Of a stretch of 64,000 bases of DNA, positions 33,570 to 42,056 are shown one piece after another. The notes under the pieces were generated by a model. That model worked only from the letters and a program-made list of their open reading frames with translations. It was not told the origin of the DNA and did no database searches. Each line of letters begins with the position of its first letter. Within the stretch, counting starts at the first letter, position 1. The stretch covers positions 2,646 through 66,645 of the forward strand of contig JAUNJY010000013.1 in assembly GCA_030535455.1 (NCBI GenBank). The letters are read 5' to 3'. Origin of the DNA: a bacterium (GTDB lineage: Bacteria; Bacillota; Clostridia; Lachnospirales; Lachnospiraceae). The translations under genes were made by a program, and so were the position numbers.

Positions 33570-34409
33570 TTATAGTTTCAAATTAAATATTACAATTTCA
33601 GGTGGCACAAAAATTCTTACCGAAATCTGTGATGTACCTAGTCCTGTATTTACATAAAGCTTAGTATCATTAAATTCATAGAAACCACTTCTCATTTCAC
33701 CATCACCAACATGATCTTTCATAACTAATTTGCTAATTAATGGAATATTCACTTGCTTTCCATGAGAATGTCCCGTCAAAATCACATCAAATGGCTCCTC
33801 TACAAACTTCTTTCCCAAACTAGGCTCATGAGCAAGCAGGATACGATAGTCATATTTATCCTTAACATGTGTACTTGTCTGCTCAATATCTGGATTTCCC
33901 CATAATTCATCATCAACACCTGCAATTAATATCTTCTGCCCATTTTCTGTATCAATTTCCGCATCCTCATTTACCAATACTCTGAATCCTGCCTCTTTCA
34001 TAATCTCATCATAATAACTTCCTGCGCCACCACCATAGTCCTTATTACCATAAACGGCATATTTACCGTAACGTGACTGTATACTTGATAATTTCTGAAT
34101 AACCTCGTCCATTTCATTGTACTTGGAGAAATCTTGAAATAAATCGCCAGTAAATACAACAATATCTGGTTTCTGTGCATTTACCTTATTAACCACCTCT
34201 AATAGCTTATCCAAACTAAAGTTACTACTTAACTCTATATCAGAAAGCTGAATAATCTTTATTTCTTCCTTCGTCTCTTTCTCCGTAGTTGTCAACGTGC
34301 ACTCTTTCTCAATAATCATATTTGGTTCAATATAAAACCCGTAAATATATAGTAGCAAAAAGAGAATTGTAACTACTCCCAAAAACATACCTATCTTTTT
34401 TATTTTCAT
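33570..34409 (-). CDS. Metallophosphoesterase (YkuE-like)
   Basis: SDIE, FTGDL, GNKD, HEP, GHSHG; N-terminal TM. Confidence 0.88.
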   Translation of the reverse strand: MKIKKIGMFLGVVTILFLLLYIYGFYIEPNMIIEKECTLTTTEKETKEEIKIIQLSDIELSSNFSLDKLLEVVNKVNAQKPDIVVFTGDLFQDFSKYNEMDEVIQKLSSIQSRYGKYAVYGNKDYGGGAGSYYDEIMKEAGFRVLVNEDAEIDTENGQKILIAGVDDELWGNPDIEQTSTHVKDKYDYRILLAHEPSLGKKFVEEPFDVILTGHSHGKQVNIPLISKLVMKDHVGDGEMRSGFYEFNDTKLYVNTGLGTSQISVRIFVPPEIVIFNLKL

Positions 34410-34483
34410 AGTTTTGTATTAGTCTCCTCTACCATTGGCTTCCTCCATTGTAACCAAATACTTTATAGTAACTATTTATACCT

Positions 34484-34500
34484 TGTAAATTATCTGTAAA
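34484..34500. promoter_or_regulatory. Putative OmpR-family operator upstream of the phosphoesterase
   Basis: TGTAAA-N5-TGTAAA. Confidence 0.55.
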
Positions 34501-34501
34501 A

Positions 34502-35122
34502 TTATTGTCTAAGTGTTTGATAAAATATAACCTTTCCTGTATAACTATTTACATATAGCTCAATTTCTTTTGGTTCATTCTTGCTTATACACTGCACAAA
34601 ATAAGTACTTCCTTGCATATATGCTTCATAGTCTATATCGTTTCTTTCTAGTTCTGTAACCTGGAAAATGAACTCTTTTGCTATTTTTTCTAAGTAAGCC
34701 TCATCTTTTCTTGTTCCATTATTCTTATCTCAATAAACTGAATATAGCTCTACCAGCTCCCCTGTTTCCGTGTCATATGCTACGATATACTCTGTAGCAT
34801 TATATTTTTTATCTAAAAATGATACTCTTGCTACCTCCCGCTTTTCTTTATCTCCTGCATTTAGTGCTATAATCTCAAACTTTACTACTGCATCATACTT
34901 ACTTTCCTGTATTTTAAGTCCAAGCAATGTTTGAAAGGTATCCTTTGCTTTCAGAATTAATTTTTCCTCATCCCATTTACTTACTTTTGTCTCATTGTCC
35001 TCTTTCAGTACTAATTCCTTTTCATAAACTTGATTTTCTTTCAACGGCTGATAAAAAAAGACTGCACACGATATACCTGCTATAAATAAAAAAATCATTG
35101 TAACGATTCTATATTTTTTCAT
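34502..35122 (-). pseudogene. Exported protein with two PepSY-like repeats, interrupted by an in-frame TGA at 34730-34732
   Basis: Frame stays open 75 codons after TGA to TAA 34502; YDTETGELVELY versus VNSYTGKVIFY repeats. Confidence 0.6.
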
Positions 35123-36533
35123 TAGAACCTCCATTGAACCCTAAAATAATATCTGTACCTTCTCTCAACTGACTTGTAATATCAAATTGTATATCTAAAA
35201 TCTGTATAATTGCAGCACATATTGAGAGTCCAAGTCCAAATCCGGACATGGTTCTTTTTCTTGATTTGTCCACCATAAAAAACGGCTCAAATATTTTATC
35301 TAGGTCTTCACTAGGGACTCCTTTTCCATTATCGCTAATGATTACCGTACCATGTTGCAGACTAATCTTCAGTTTTCTATCCTTTTTTTCTTCCGTTGCC
35401 TTTATAGCATTATCAATAAAATTGGAAAACAATGTAGTTAACAGGTATTCATCTGCAATTACTGTAAAATCCTCACCCTCTATCGTAATTTTTACACGCT
35501 CATTACAAACTGTACTATTAAATACATGAACTATTTTTTTTATACAATCTAATACGCTAATCTCTGTCATCTCTAATACAGACTTATCCAATGTGATCAG
35601 CTTAATCAGATTCTCAGTAAGACTTTCAATACGTTTCCCACTGTCATAAATTTGTTCAAATAACGGCATTAGGTTTTCAGGCTTCATAGTCGGATTATTT
35701 ATATACAGACTAGAATAACCAATAATTGATGTGAGTGGTGTTCTAATCTCATGAGTCAGGCTATCAATGAAACGCTGCTTTTCCTCACTTTTCTTCTCAA
35801 GCATATCGATTTGAGAAGAAATTTCCTTCCCCATGATATTAAAACTATCTGTCAAATCCTGAATCTCCTTAATACTCGATTCCTTCTTTAGTTTGTAAGA
35901 ATAATTTTTATTGATAATCTCATTTATATTCTTAATAAAAGCATATAATGGCCTCGTAATCGTATCTGTGAAAAAATAGATTACTATAATGGCAACAAAA
36001 CTACTAATAATATTATAAATAAACAACAATATAAAATAGTTATTTCGCTCCTGATATACATCTTCTATTTGATTAATATAAGTTAAATAGTATTCCTTAT
36101 TTGAAAGAGTAATCCTCTTATTAACTACAAGCTCATGTTTTCCCTCCTCATTAACTGTCACAACATAACGAGTTATATGATCATCTGAAATCTGTTCCAT
36201 TCCGACCTTTAATGGGTACTGACTCTCCATAGTAGAATAAATAATCTCTCCATTCATATCACGTACCTCAAGATTTAATGAAGAGCTTTCAACATTATTT
36301 AAATACGTATCATTCTTAATCCGGATTATATCTGTGTCTGTAAAAAACAATCTATTCATATCTTCCCCTGACTTTAGGTTAGTATAAATAATCGCATACT
36401 CCTTATAGCCACTTTCTATTGCATTATCTATAGAGTTAATGAAGATTGTCTGTATTAAAAAATAACCTGATAAATTCAAGAGTACAAAAAATAAGATTGT
36501 AAAATTAATTAATAATTTGTTTTTAAGTTTCAT
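35109..36533 (-). CDS. HAMP-domain sensor histidine kinase
   Basis: THEIRTPL, NFIDNAIK, DNGKG, GFGLGL. Confidence 0.92.
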   Translation of the reverse strand: MKLKNKLLINFTILFFVLLNLSGYFLIQTIFINSIDNAIESGYKEYAIIYTNLKSGEDMNRLFFTDTDIIRIKNDTYLNNVESSSLNLEVRDMNGEIIYSTMESQYPLKVGMEQISDDHITRYVVTVNEEGKHELVVNKRITLSNKEYYLTYINQIEDVYQERNNYFILLFIYNIISSFVAIIVIYFFTDTITRPLYAFIKNINEIINKNYSYKLKKESSIKEIQDLTDSFNIMGKEISSQIDMLEKKSEEKQRFIDSLTHEIRTPLTSIIGYSSLYINNPTMKPENLMPLFEQIYDSGKRIESLTENLIKLITLDKSVLEMTEISVLDCIKKIVHVFNSTVCNERVKITIEGEDFTVIADEYLLTTLFSNFIDNAIKATEEKKDRKLKISLQHGTVIISDNGKGVPSEDLDKIFEPFFMVDKSRKRTMSGFGLGLSICAAIIQILDIQFDITSQLREGTDIILGFNGGSNEKI

Positions 36534-36544
36534 CGTGCTTTATC

Positions 36545-37228
36545 TCATCCTTTTAATTTATATCCCACTTTATAAATTGTCTCTAACGATTCCTTTAAAT
36601 CTAATTTCTCTCGAATTTGTTTTACATGCATATCAATCGTACGGGTACCACCAAAATAATCATATCCCCATATCTTATCTAACAAAATCTCTCTGCTTAA
36701 AACAATATTTTTGTTTTCTATAAATGTCTTAAGTAAATCAAATTCTTTTACAGTTAATATAATTTCCTGATTCCCCTTCTTTACACTTCGCTCCTGCAGA
36801 TACATAGTAATATCTTCAAATCTAAGCACATTCTTATCTTTTGGTTCTTCCACATCTGGTACTGCATATTTCTGGCTTCGACGCAGAATCGTTTCAATCC
36901 TCGCAAGCAGTTCCATCGGTTCAAATGGCTTTGTAATATAGTCATCTGCGCCCATTCTTAATCCAAATATCTTATCTTGTAATGTGATTTTTGCAGTTAA
37001 GAAGATTACTGGAATATTCTTATCCTTTAATTTTTGTAACACCTGGTATCCGTCTATTTTAGGAAGCATAATATCAAGCAGGACTAAATCATAGGAAGAC
37101 TTCTCAAGCATCCTAAATGCCATCTCTCCATCCTCTGCTTCCTCAGCTTCATAGTTTTCTATTGAAAGTGTCATCTTTATCAAGTCACGGATAGACTTTT
37201 CATCGTCTACCACTAATATCTTTGCCAC
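36545..37228 (-). CDS. OmpR-family response regulator
   Basis: VVDDE, LLDIMLP, KPF, TIYKVGY; GTG start. Confidence 0.93.
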   Translation of the reverse strand: MAKILVVDDEKSIRDLIKMTLSIENYEAEEAEDGEMAFRMLEKSSYDLVLLDIMLPKIDGYQVLQKLKDKNIPVIFLTAKITLQDKIFGLRMGADDYITKPFEPMELLARIETILRRSQKYAVPDVEEPKDKNVLRFEDITMYLQERSVKKGNQEIILTVKEFDLLKTFIENKNIVLSREILLDKIWGYDYFGGTRTIDMHVKQIREKLDLKESLETIYKVGYKLKG

Positions 37229-37359
37229 GTCGCTCTCACCTTTCCTATCTGATTGTAAATTTTTAATAGTCTAACATAGATTGTATGTAAATCCTATCAC
37301 TTTCAATATTTTTTCTTTTCTTCTAAACCAAATAGCATTATAAGATACTTCTTATGCAT

Positions 37360-37413
37360 AAAAAAATGGCATCACACCATAATTATTTTTAAATTATGAT
37401 GTGATGCCATTTT
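37360..37413 (-). terminator. Terminator just downstream of att-like copy 2
   Basis: AAAATGGCATCAC...GTGATGCCATTTT. Confidence 0.7.
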
Positions 37414-37437
37414 ATATAAAGTTAGTTTATTCTAAAA

Positions 37438-37474
37438 TTAGAATTTACCAGCGTCAGCAGCTTCTTGAACAGAA
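37438..37474. repeat. att-like copy 2 of the GGGtGRT 3' end (version B)
   Basis: 37 bp identical to 41026-41062; TTGTGTGCTACATGTGTGTTA at 37512. Confidence 0.9.
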
Positions 37475-37567
37475 GCGGGTGGGGCTGGTGATTCTAAAGT
37501 TTGACAGACTTTTGTGTGCTACATGTGTGTTATTGAACACATCCGATACTTGTTATTACACATATAG

Positions 37568-37830
37568 TTATATTACTTTCACTTCCAGAATTTGAAATCC
37601 TATTAATGAATTCCTTTCTACTATATCCTTAACCTTTTCAGAAACAAACACCGGTATAGGTTCTTCCTTTAATCTAAATATACTGTTATTGTTTATATTT
37701 TCTTTTTTTAATGTATATTTCTCTACGAATAATATTTTTTCATCATCCAACTCATAAAAATCATATATAGGTTTTTTCAAATCTAACGCCTCTAATTATA
37801 TAATCACATTTGCAACTTTATGGGTACTGT
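37568..37830 (-). pseudogene. C-terminal remnant of an Imm11/DUF1629-like immunity protein
   Basis: EALDLKK...KYTLKKE...IFRLKE...VFVSEKVK...GFQILEV; upstream part frameshifted or missing. Confidence 0.55.
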
Positions 37831-38279
37831 CAATATCATTGGTTATACTGTTCCTTTTTTATTCTGAAATCACTTCATGATTAAAAGGTATCTCCCAGTG
37901 TATAATTAAAAATTTATTCAAAAAATCTTGCTTCTCTAAAGTCCATCTCATGAACCTTTTACAAAACCATATGCATTACCACTTGGACTTTGAGTATATC
38001 TCCATGAAAGTCTAGACCAAATACTCACATTCATTTTTATCTAAATGTATTTCTTCAAATGACTATATATGTAATTATGTTTTTCCTTAAATTTAGCCCT
38101 AATATAAATTAATATATTATTACTCAAATGCTCTATTTTGTATCGGCTTTTCACACTATTTTACATTCACATAAAGACATTACTTTTTGTACAAAAAAGA
38201 TGCATCTCCAAAAGACACATCTTTGAAATCATATGAATATTATTGTATGTCGTCATATATACTAACTATAATAGTAAAA

Positions 38280-38906
38280 CTATCGAATAAAGTTTGTAGC
38301 AATTCTTTCTTCTCTCTCTGGTAATTGTATTCCTGCCATTTTACCAGCTTCCATTATTTTCAACATCCATGCCATATTCTTTCCCAATGTTTGCATAGTC
38401 TGCATACCTTCCAAATCCATTTTCGTTTCTTCTGCAGAAGTACCATGTACCATATTCCAATATTGTGAAGATACAACCGGCATATTATTCATTGTAAAAT
38501 ACTTATTAATTTGATCAAATGTTGCTGTAGTACCACCACGACGTGCACTTACTACTGCCGCAGCAGGTTTATAATCTAATTGCCCATGAGTGTGGTTAGT
38601 ATAAAATACTCTATCCATAAAGGAAGTTAACATTCCTGAAGCAGAAGCATAATGCACTGGTGATCCGAAAATAAATCCATCTGCATCTTTTGCCTTATCT
38701 ATAAATTCATTTACTGGATCATTCATAAAACATTGTTCTGTTTTATGGCAAGCACCACAGGCGATACATCCTGAGATCGGTTTGGCGCCTAATTGAAAGA
38801 TTTCTGTCTCAATCCCTTGTTTTTCTAGTGTATCTGCCACTTCCTTTAATGCTGTATATGTGCACCCTTTTCTATGTGAACTACCATTTACTAATAATAC
38901 TTTCAT
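38280..38906 (-). CDS. Iron-sulfur flavoprotein / NADPH-dependent FMN reductase (flavodoxin family)
   Basis: NGSS, CIACGAC-x5-C, GSPVHY, RRGG, SSQYWNMVHG. Confidence 0.9.
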   Translation of the reverse strand: MKVLLVNGSSHRKGCTYTALKEVADTLEKQGIETEIFQLGAKPISGCIACGACHKTEQCFMNDPVNEFIDKAKDADGFIFGSPVHYASASGMLTSFMDRVFYTNHTHGQLDYKPAAAVVSARRGGTTATFDQINKYFTMNNMPVVSSQYWNMVHGTSAEETKMDLEGMQTMQTLGKNMAWMLKIMEAGKMAGIQLPEREERIATNFIR

Positions 38907-38989
38907 TTTTACTCCTTCTAATCATAATTTATATCATTTCATAGTATGCAATTTTGTACTTGAAAGAATTCTTCAAATACAATAGTCTT

Positions 38990-39020
38990 ATCATAGAATA
39001 TTAGAGTTACTCTAAGTCAA
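38990..39020 (-). promoter_or_regulatory. MerR-type promoter/operator for the flavoprotein gene
   Basis: TTGACT-19bp-TATGAT with palindrome TTAGAG-TAA-CTCTAA in the elongated spacer. Confidence 0.8.
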
Positions 39021-39043
39021 CATTTTTTTTAAGGAGATTTATA

Positions 39044-39445
39044 ATGTATACAGTTAAAGAAATTTCAGAAATTACCGGAATATCTTCCCATACAATACGT
39101 TTTTATGATAATGAAGGACTTTTTCCCTTCACGAAACGTAGCAAAACAAATGTCCGCTTATTCCCAGAAGAATATTTAGAATGGATTCATTTTATTCATT
39201 GCTTAAGAGATACTGGTATGCCCCTAGCAGAGATCAAAACATACATTGCTCTTGCAAAAGAAGGAGACAGCACAAGTAAAGAACGCTATAACATGATTTT
39301 AAAACAAAAAGAAAAAGCAGAGCAAGATGTAATCAATATGCAAAAACGTGTAGCTCTATTAGATAAGAAATTAGACTATTATAAAAAATTAGAGTTCGAA
39401 GGTAACGACGACTTTATGAATCCTTCTAATTGTATATTCAAATAA
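39044..39445 (+). CDS. MerR-family regulator (AdhR-like)
   Basis: YTVKE...HTIRFYDNEGL...CLRDTGMPL. Confidence 0.92.
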   Translation: MYTVKEISEITGISSHTIRFYDNEGLFPFTKRSKTNVRLFPEEYLEWIHFIHCLRDTGMPLAEIKTYIALAKEGDSTSKERYNMILKQKEKAEQDVINMQKRVALLDKKLDYYKKLEFEGNDDFMNPSNCIFK

Positions 39446-39559
39446 ATTAAGCCTCTATTACTTTCATAAATAACATATTATATGATATTTCTAGAGCTCG
39501 TTATGAGACATATTTAACTTAACAATAGTAAAAGACTGCTTTCTAGTCTACAAGAATAC

Positions 39560-39608
39560 AAAAAATTAGCCACGTCATCAGGATTTTAGACCTTAATGAC
39601 GTGACTAA
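39560..39608. terminator. Terminator just downstream of att-like copy 3
   Basis: TTAGCCACGTCAT...ATGACGTGACTAA with flanking A run. Confidence 0.65.
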
Positions 39609-39649
39609 CTATTTTTAAGCTAATCTATGAAATTACGTAATCAAATTTC

Positions 39650-39714
39650 TTAGAATTTACCAGTGTCCGAAACTTCTTGAACAGAAACAGCTACAGCAAC
39701 TGTAGCACCAACCA
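39650..39714. repeat. att-like copy 3 of the GGGtGRT 3' end (version A, 65 bp)
   Basis: 61/65 identical to 41026-41090; would encode VGATVAVAVSVQEVSDTGKF*. Confidence 0.92.
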
Positions 39715-39748
39715 CTAAGCTATTCGCCATGTAGCTTCTCCATAAAGT

Positions 39749-40912
39749 TTACACATTGCCAGCTTCGATTGCTTCAACCATACTTCCTGTATGACGAGAG
39801 TCAAATGGGAAAATCCTTACTATCAGATGATACACATAGGCTAAAACCTTATATCCAAAATCAAGTAAGACACCTGAGACAAACGAAATTAGTACTAGCC
39901 AAGGTAGAACCAAAATCGCATACTTTGGTAATAATACAATTTTTACACACTCGTAAAAATAATAGATAAAGAATGAGTGAATTAACCACATATTTGTGCT
40001 TTGTTTGCCGAGCTGAATAAATACCATGGAAATAAGCTTGCTCTTTTTCAGCAAATCTAAGGATACTACACATAAAATTGGTGTATATACGCAGTCAATT
40101 TCTATTCCTATAATGGAGTTACGTACTATAAGAAGTACCGTAAGGGCAATGCAATCCTTTAAAATAGTATTCAGTCTGAGCTGTTGATATTTTAAAATAA
40201 GCTTTTCAAACTGATCATCTTTTGCCATAACACATCCCATCCAAAAAGATGAGATATATGGTTCCTGTTTACCAACAAAATTACTATAAAGATAACTATT
40301 CTTTAATGGTTCAAATGCAGGAAATGTGTGCAAGTTATTAATCACAAATTTAAATGCCATTACAAATGCAATAATGATCCATACATTTTCCCAAAATGTT
40401 CTCTTACTGACAACCTTATAAATAAGCGGAAACAGTAATATTGTAATTACAAAATATTTTAAAAACCACCACTCGCGATTATAACATAATCCTAATCCTG
40501 TAAAACTCCTTACAAGTCCTACTAATTCGAATTTTGCAAAGGTATTATAAAAACCCTCTTGTTTACAATATTGTGGCTGATTGGAGAAGTACATGAATCC
40601 AATCGGAACAAATACAATAAACACTTTCCAAAACTTAATATATAGATTGTAAATACGATCCGGTATTGATAACCGTCCTGATATGTATGTCTTATAAATT
40701 CCATATCCACTTAAAAACAAAAAAATGGGCACACACATTTTCCCAAATCTCCCAATATACACTGCTGTGTCGATATGATCTATCTTAGTAAAAGAAATAG
40801 GTATCATTTTTTCAGGTAATCTGGTTGGAAAGAAGAATAAATGATGTGCTAACATTAGAATAATGGCAACGCCTTTTAATATAGCAGTATCCTGCTTTGT
40901 AAATTTATACAT
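39749..40912 (-). CDS. Acyltransferase_3 family membrane O-acyltransferase
   Basis: LKGVAIILMLAHH, VPIFLFLSGYG, WWFL, STNMWLIH. Confidence 0.88.
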   Translation of the reverse strand: MYKFTKQDTAILKGVAIILMLAHHLFFFPTRLPEKMIPISFTKIDHIDTAVYIGRFGKMCVPIFLFLSGYGIYKTYISGRLSIPDRIYNLYIKFWKVFIVFVPIGFMYFSNQPQYCKQEGFYNTFAKFELVGLVRSFTGLGLCYNREWWFLKYFVITILLFPLIYKVVSKRTFWENVWIIIAFVMAFKFVINNLHTFPAFEPLKNSYLYSNFVGKQEPYISSFWMGCVMAKDDQFEKLILKYQQLRLNTILKDCIALTVLLIVRNSIIGIEIDCVYTPILCVVSLDLLKKSKLISMVFIQLGKQSTNMWLIHSFFIYYFYECVKIVLLPKYAILVLPWLVLISFVSGVLLDFGYKVLAYVYHLIVRIFPFDSRHTGSMVEAIEAGNV

Positions 40913-40953
40913 GACTATTTATCCTACCAATTCTTTTTCATTTGTATACCACA

Positions 40954-40995
40954 AATAAGACACGCTATACAAAGGAATGTATAACGTGTCTTATT
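40954..40995 (-). terminator. Terminator of the GGGtGRT operon
   Basis: AATAAGACACG-TATAC...GTATA-CGTGTCTTATT. Confidence 0.7.
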
Positions 40996-41025
40996 ATATA
41001 TTGGTATCTTATTTATTCTATTTTC

Positions 41026-42036
41026 TTAGAATTTACCAGCGTCAGCAGCTTCTTGAACAGAAACAGCTACAGCAACTGTAGCACCAACCATTGGGTTGTT
41101 ACCCATACCGATTAAGCCCATCATTTCTACGTGAGCAGGTACAGATGAAGAACCAGCGAATTGTGCGTCAGAGTGCATACGTCCCATAGTATCAGTCATA
41201 CCGTAGGAAGCAGGACCTGCTGCCATGTTATCTGGGTGAAGAGTTCTACCAGTACCACCGCCTGATGCTACTGAGAAGTATTTTTTACCTAATAACTGAC
41301 ATTCTTTTTTGTACGTACCAGCTACTGGATGTTGGAAACGAGTTGGGTTAGTTGAGTTACCAGTGATGGAAACGTCAACGCCTTCTTTGTGCATGATTGC
41401 AACGCCTTCACGAACATCGTTAGCACCGTAGCAGTTAACTTTTGCACGAAGACCTGTAGAGTAAGCTTTTTTGTAAACTTCCTTTACTTCGCCTGTGTAG
41501 TAATCAAATTCAGTTTCAACGAAAGTAAATCCGTTGATACGAGAGATGATTTGTGCAGCATCTTTACCAAGACCGTTTAAGATTACTCTTAATGGCTCTT
41601 TACGTACTTTGTTTGCTTTTTCTGCGATACCGATTGCACCTTCAGCAGCTGCGAAAGATTCGTGACCTGCTAAGAATGCGAAACATTTAGTATCTTCTTC
41701 TAATAACATTTTACCTAAGTTACCATGGCCTAAACCTACTTTACGGTCGTCAGCTACAGAACCTGGGATACAGAATGCTTGAAGACCTTCACCGATTGCT
41801 GCAGCAGCATCAGCAGCTCTTCTAGCACCTTTTTTGATAGCGATTGCAGCACCTACAGTGTAAGCCCAGCATGCATTTTCAAAACAGATTGGTTGAATGC
41901 TTTTAACTTGGTTATATACGTCAAGACCAGCATCTTTAGTGATCTTTTCAGCTTCTTCGATGGAAGCAATTCCATAGCTGTTAAGAACAGTATTGATTTG
42001 GTCAATTCTTCTTTCATATGATTCAAATAATGGCAT
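41026..42036 (-). CDS. GGGtGRT protein (conserved, function unknown)
   Basis: Signature SGGGTGRTLHPDN; codon choice typical of highly expressed genes. Confidence 0.95.
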   Translation of the reverse strand: MPLFESYERRIDQINTVLNSYGIASIEEAEKITKDAGLDVYNQVKSIQPICFENACWAYTVGAAIAIKKGARRAADAAAAIGEGLQAFCIPGSVADDRKVGLGHGNLGKMLLEEDTKCFAFLAGHESFAAAEGAIGIAEKANKVRKEPLRVILNGLGKDAAQIISRINGFTFVETEFDYYTGEVKEVYKKAYSTGLRAKVNCYGANDVREGVAIMHKEGVDVSITGNSTNPTRFQHPVAGTYKKECQLLGKKYFSVASGGGTGRTLHPDNMAAGPASYGMTDTMGRMHSDAQFAGSSSVPAHVEMMGLIGMGNNPMVGATVAVAVSVQEAADAGKF

Positions 42037-42056
42037 TTTTATTTCCTCCCTCTTCC

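Larger units (their letters stand above)
32060..41025. mobile_element. Tandem array of three integrase-less islets (CIME-like) accreted at the GGGtGRT 3' end
   Basis: Bounded and subdivided by four direct repeats of the gene end; visibly AT-rich accessory cargo with pseudogene debris; no recombinase gene seen. Confidence 0.7.

Noticed and set aside
34730-34732. Selenocysteine recoding of the in-frame TGA
   Set aside because: No SECIS-like hairpin follows (A-rich sequence) and there is no redox motif context.
32023-41090. CRISPR array reading of the 37-bp repeats
   Set aside because: Spacers are 1.3-5.4 kb and contain genes, the repeat is the end of a coding gene, and there are no cas genes.
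39650-41090. Diversity-generating retroelement template/variable repeat pair
   Set aside because: Differences are not confined to adenines on either strand (coding strand C>T, G>T, T>G, G>A), and no reverse transcriptase is in the window.
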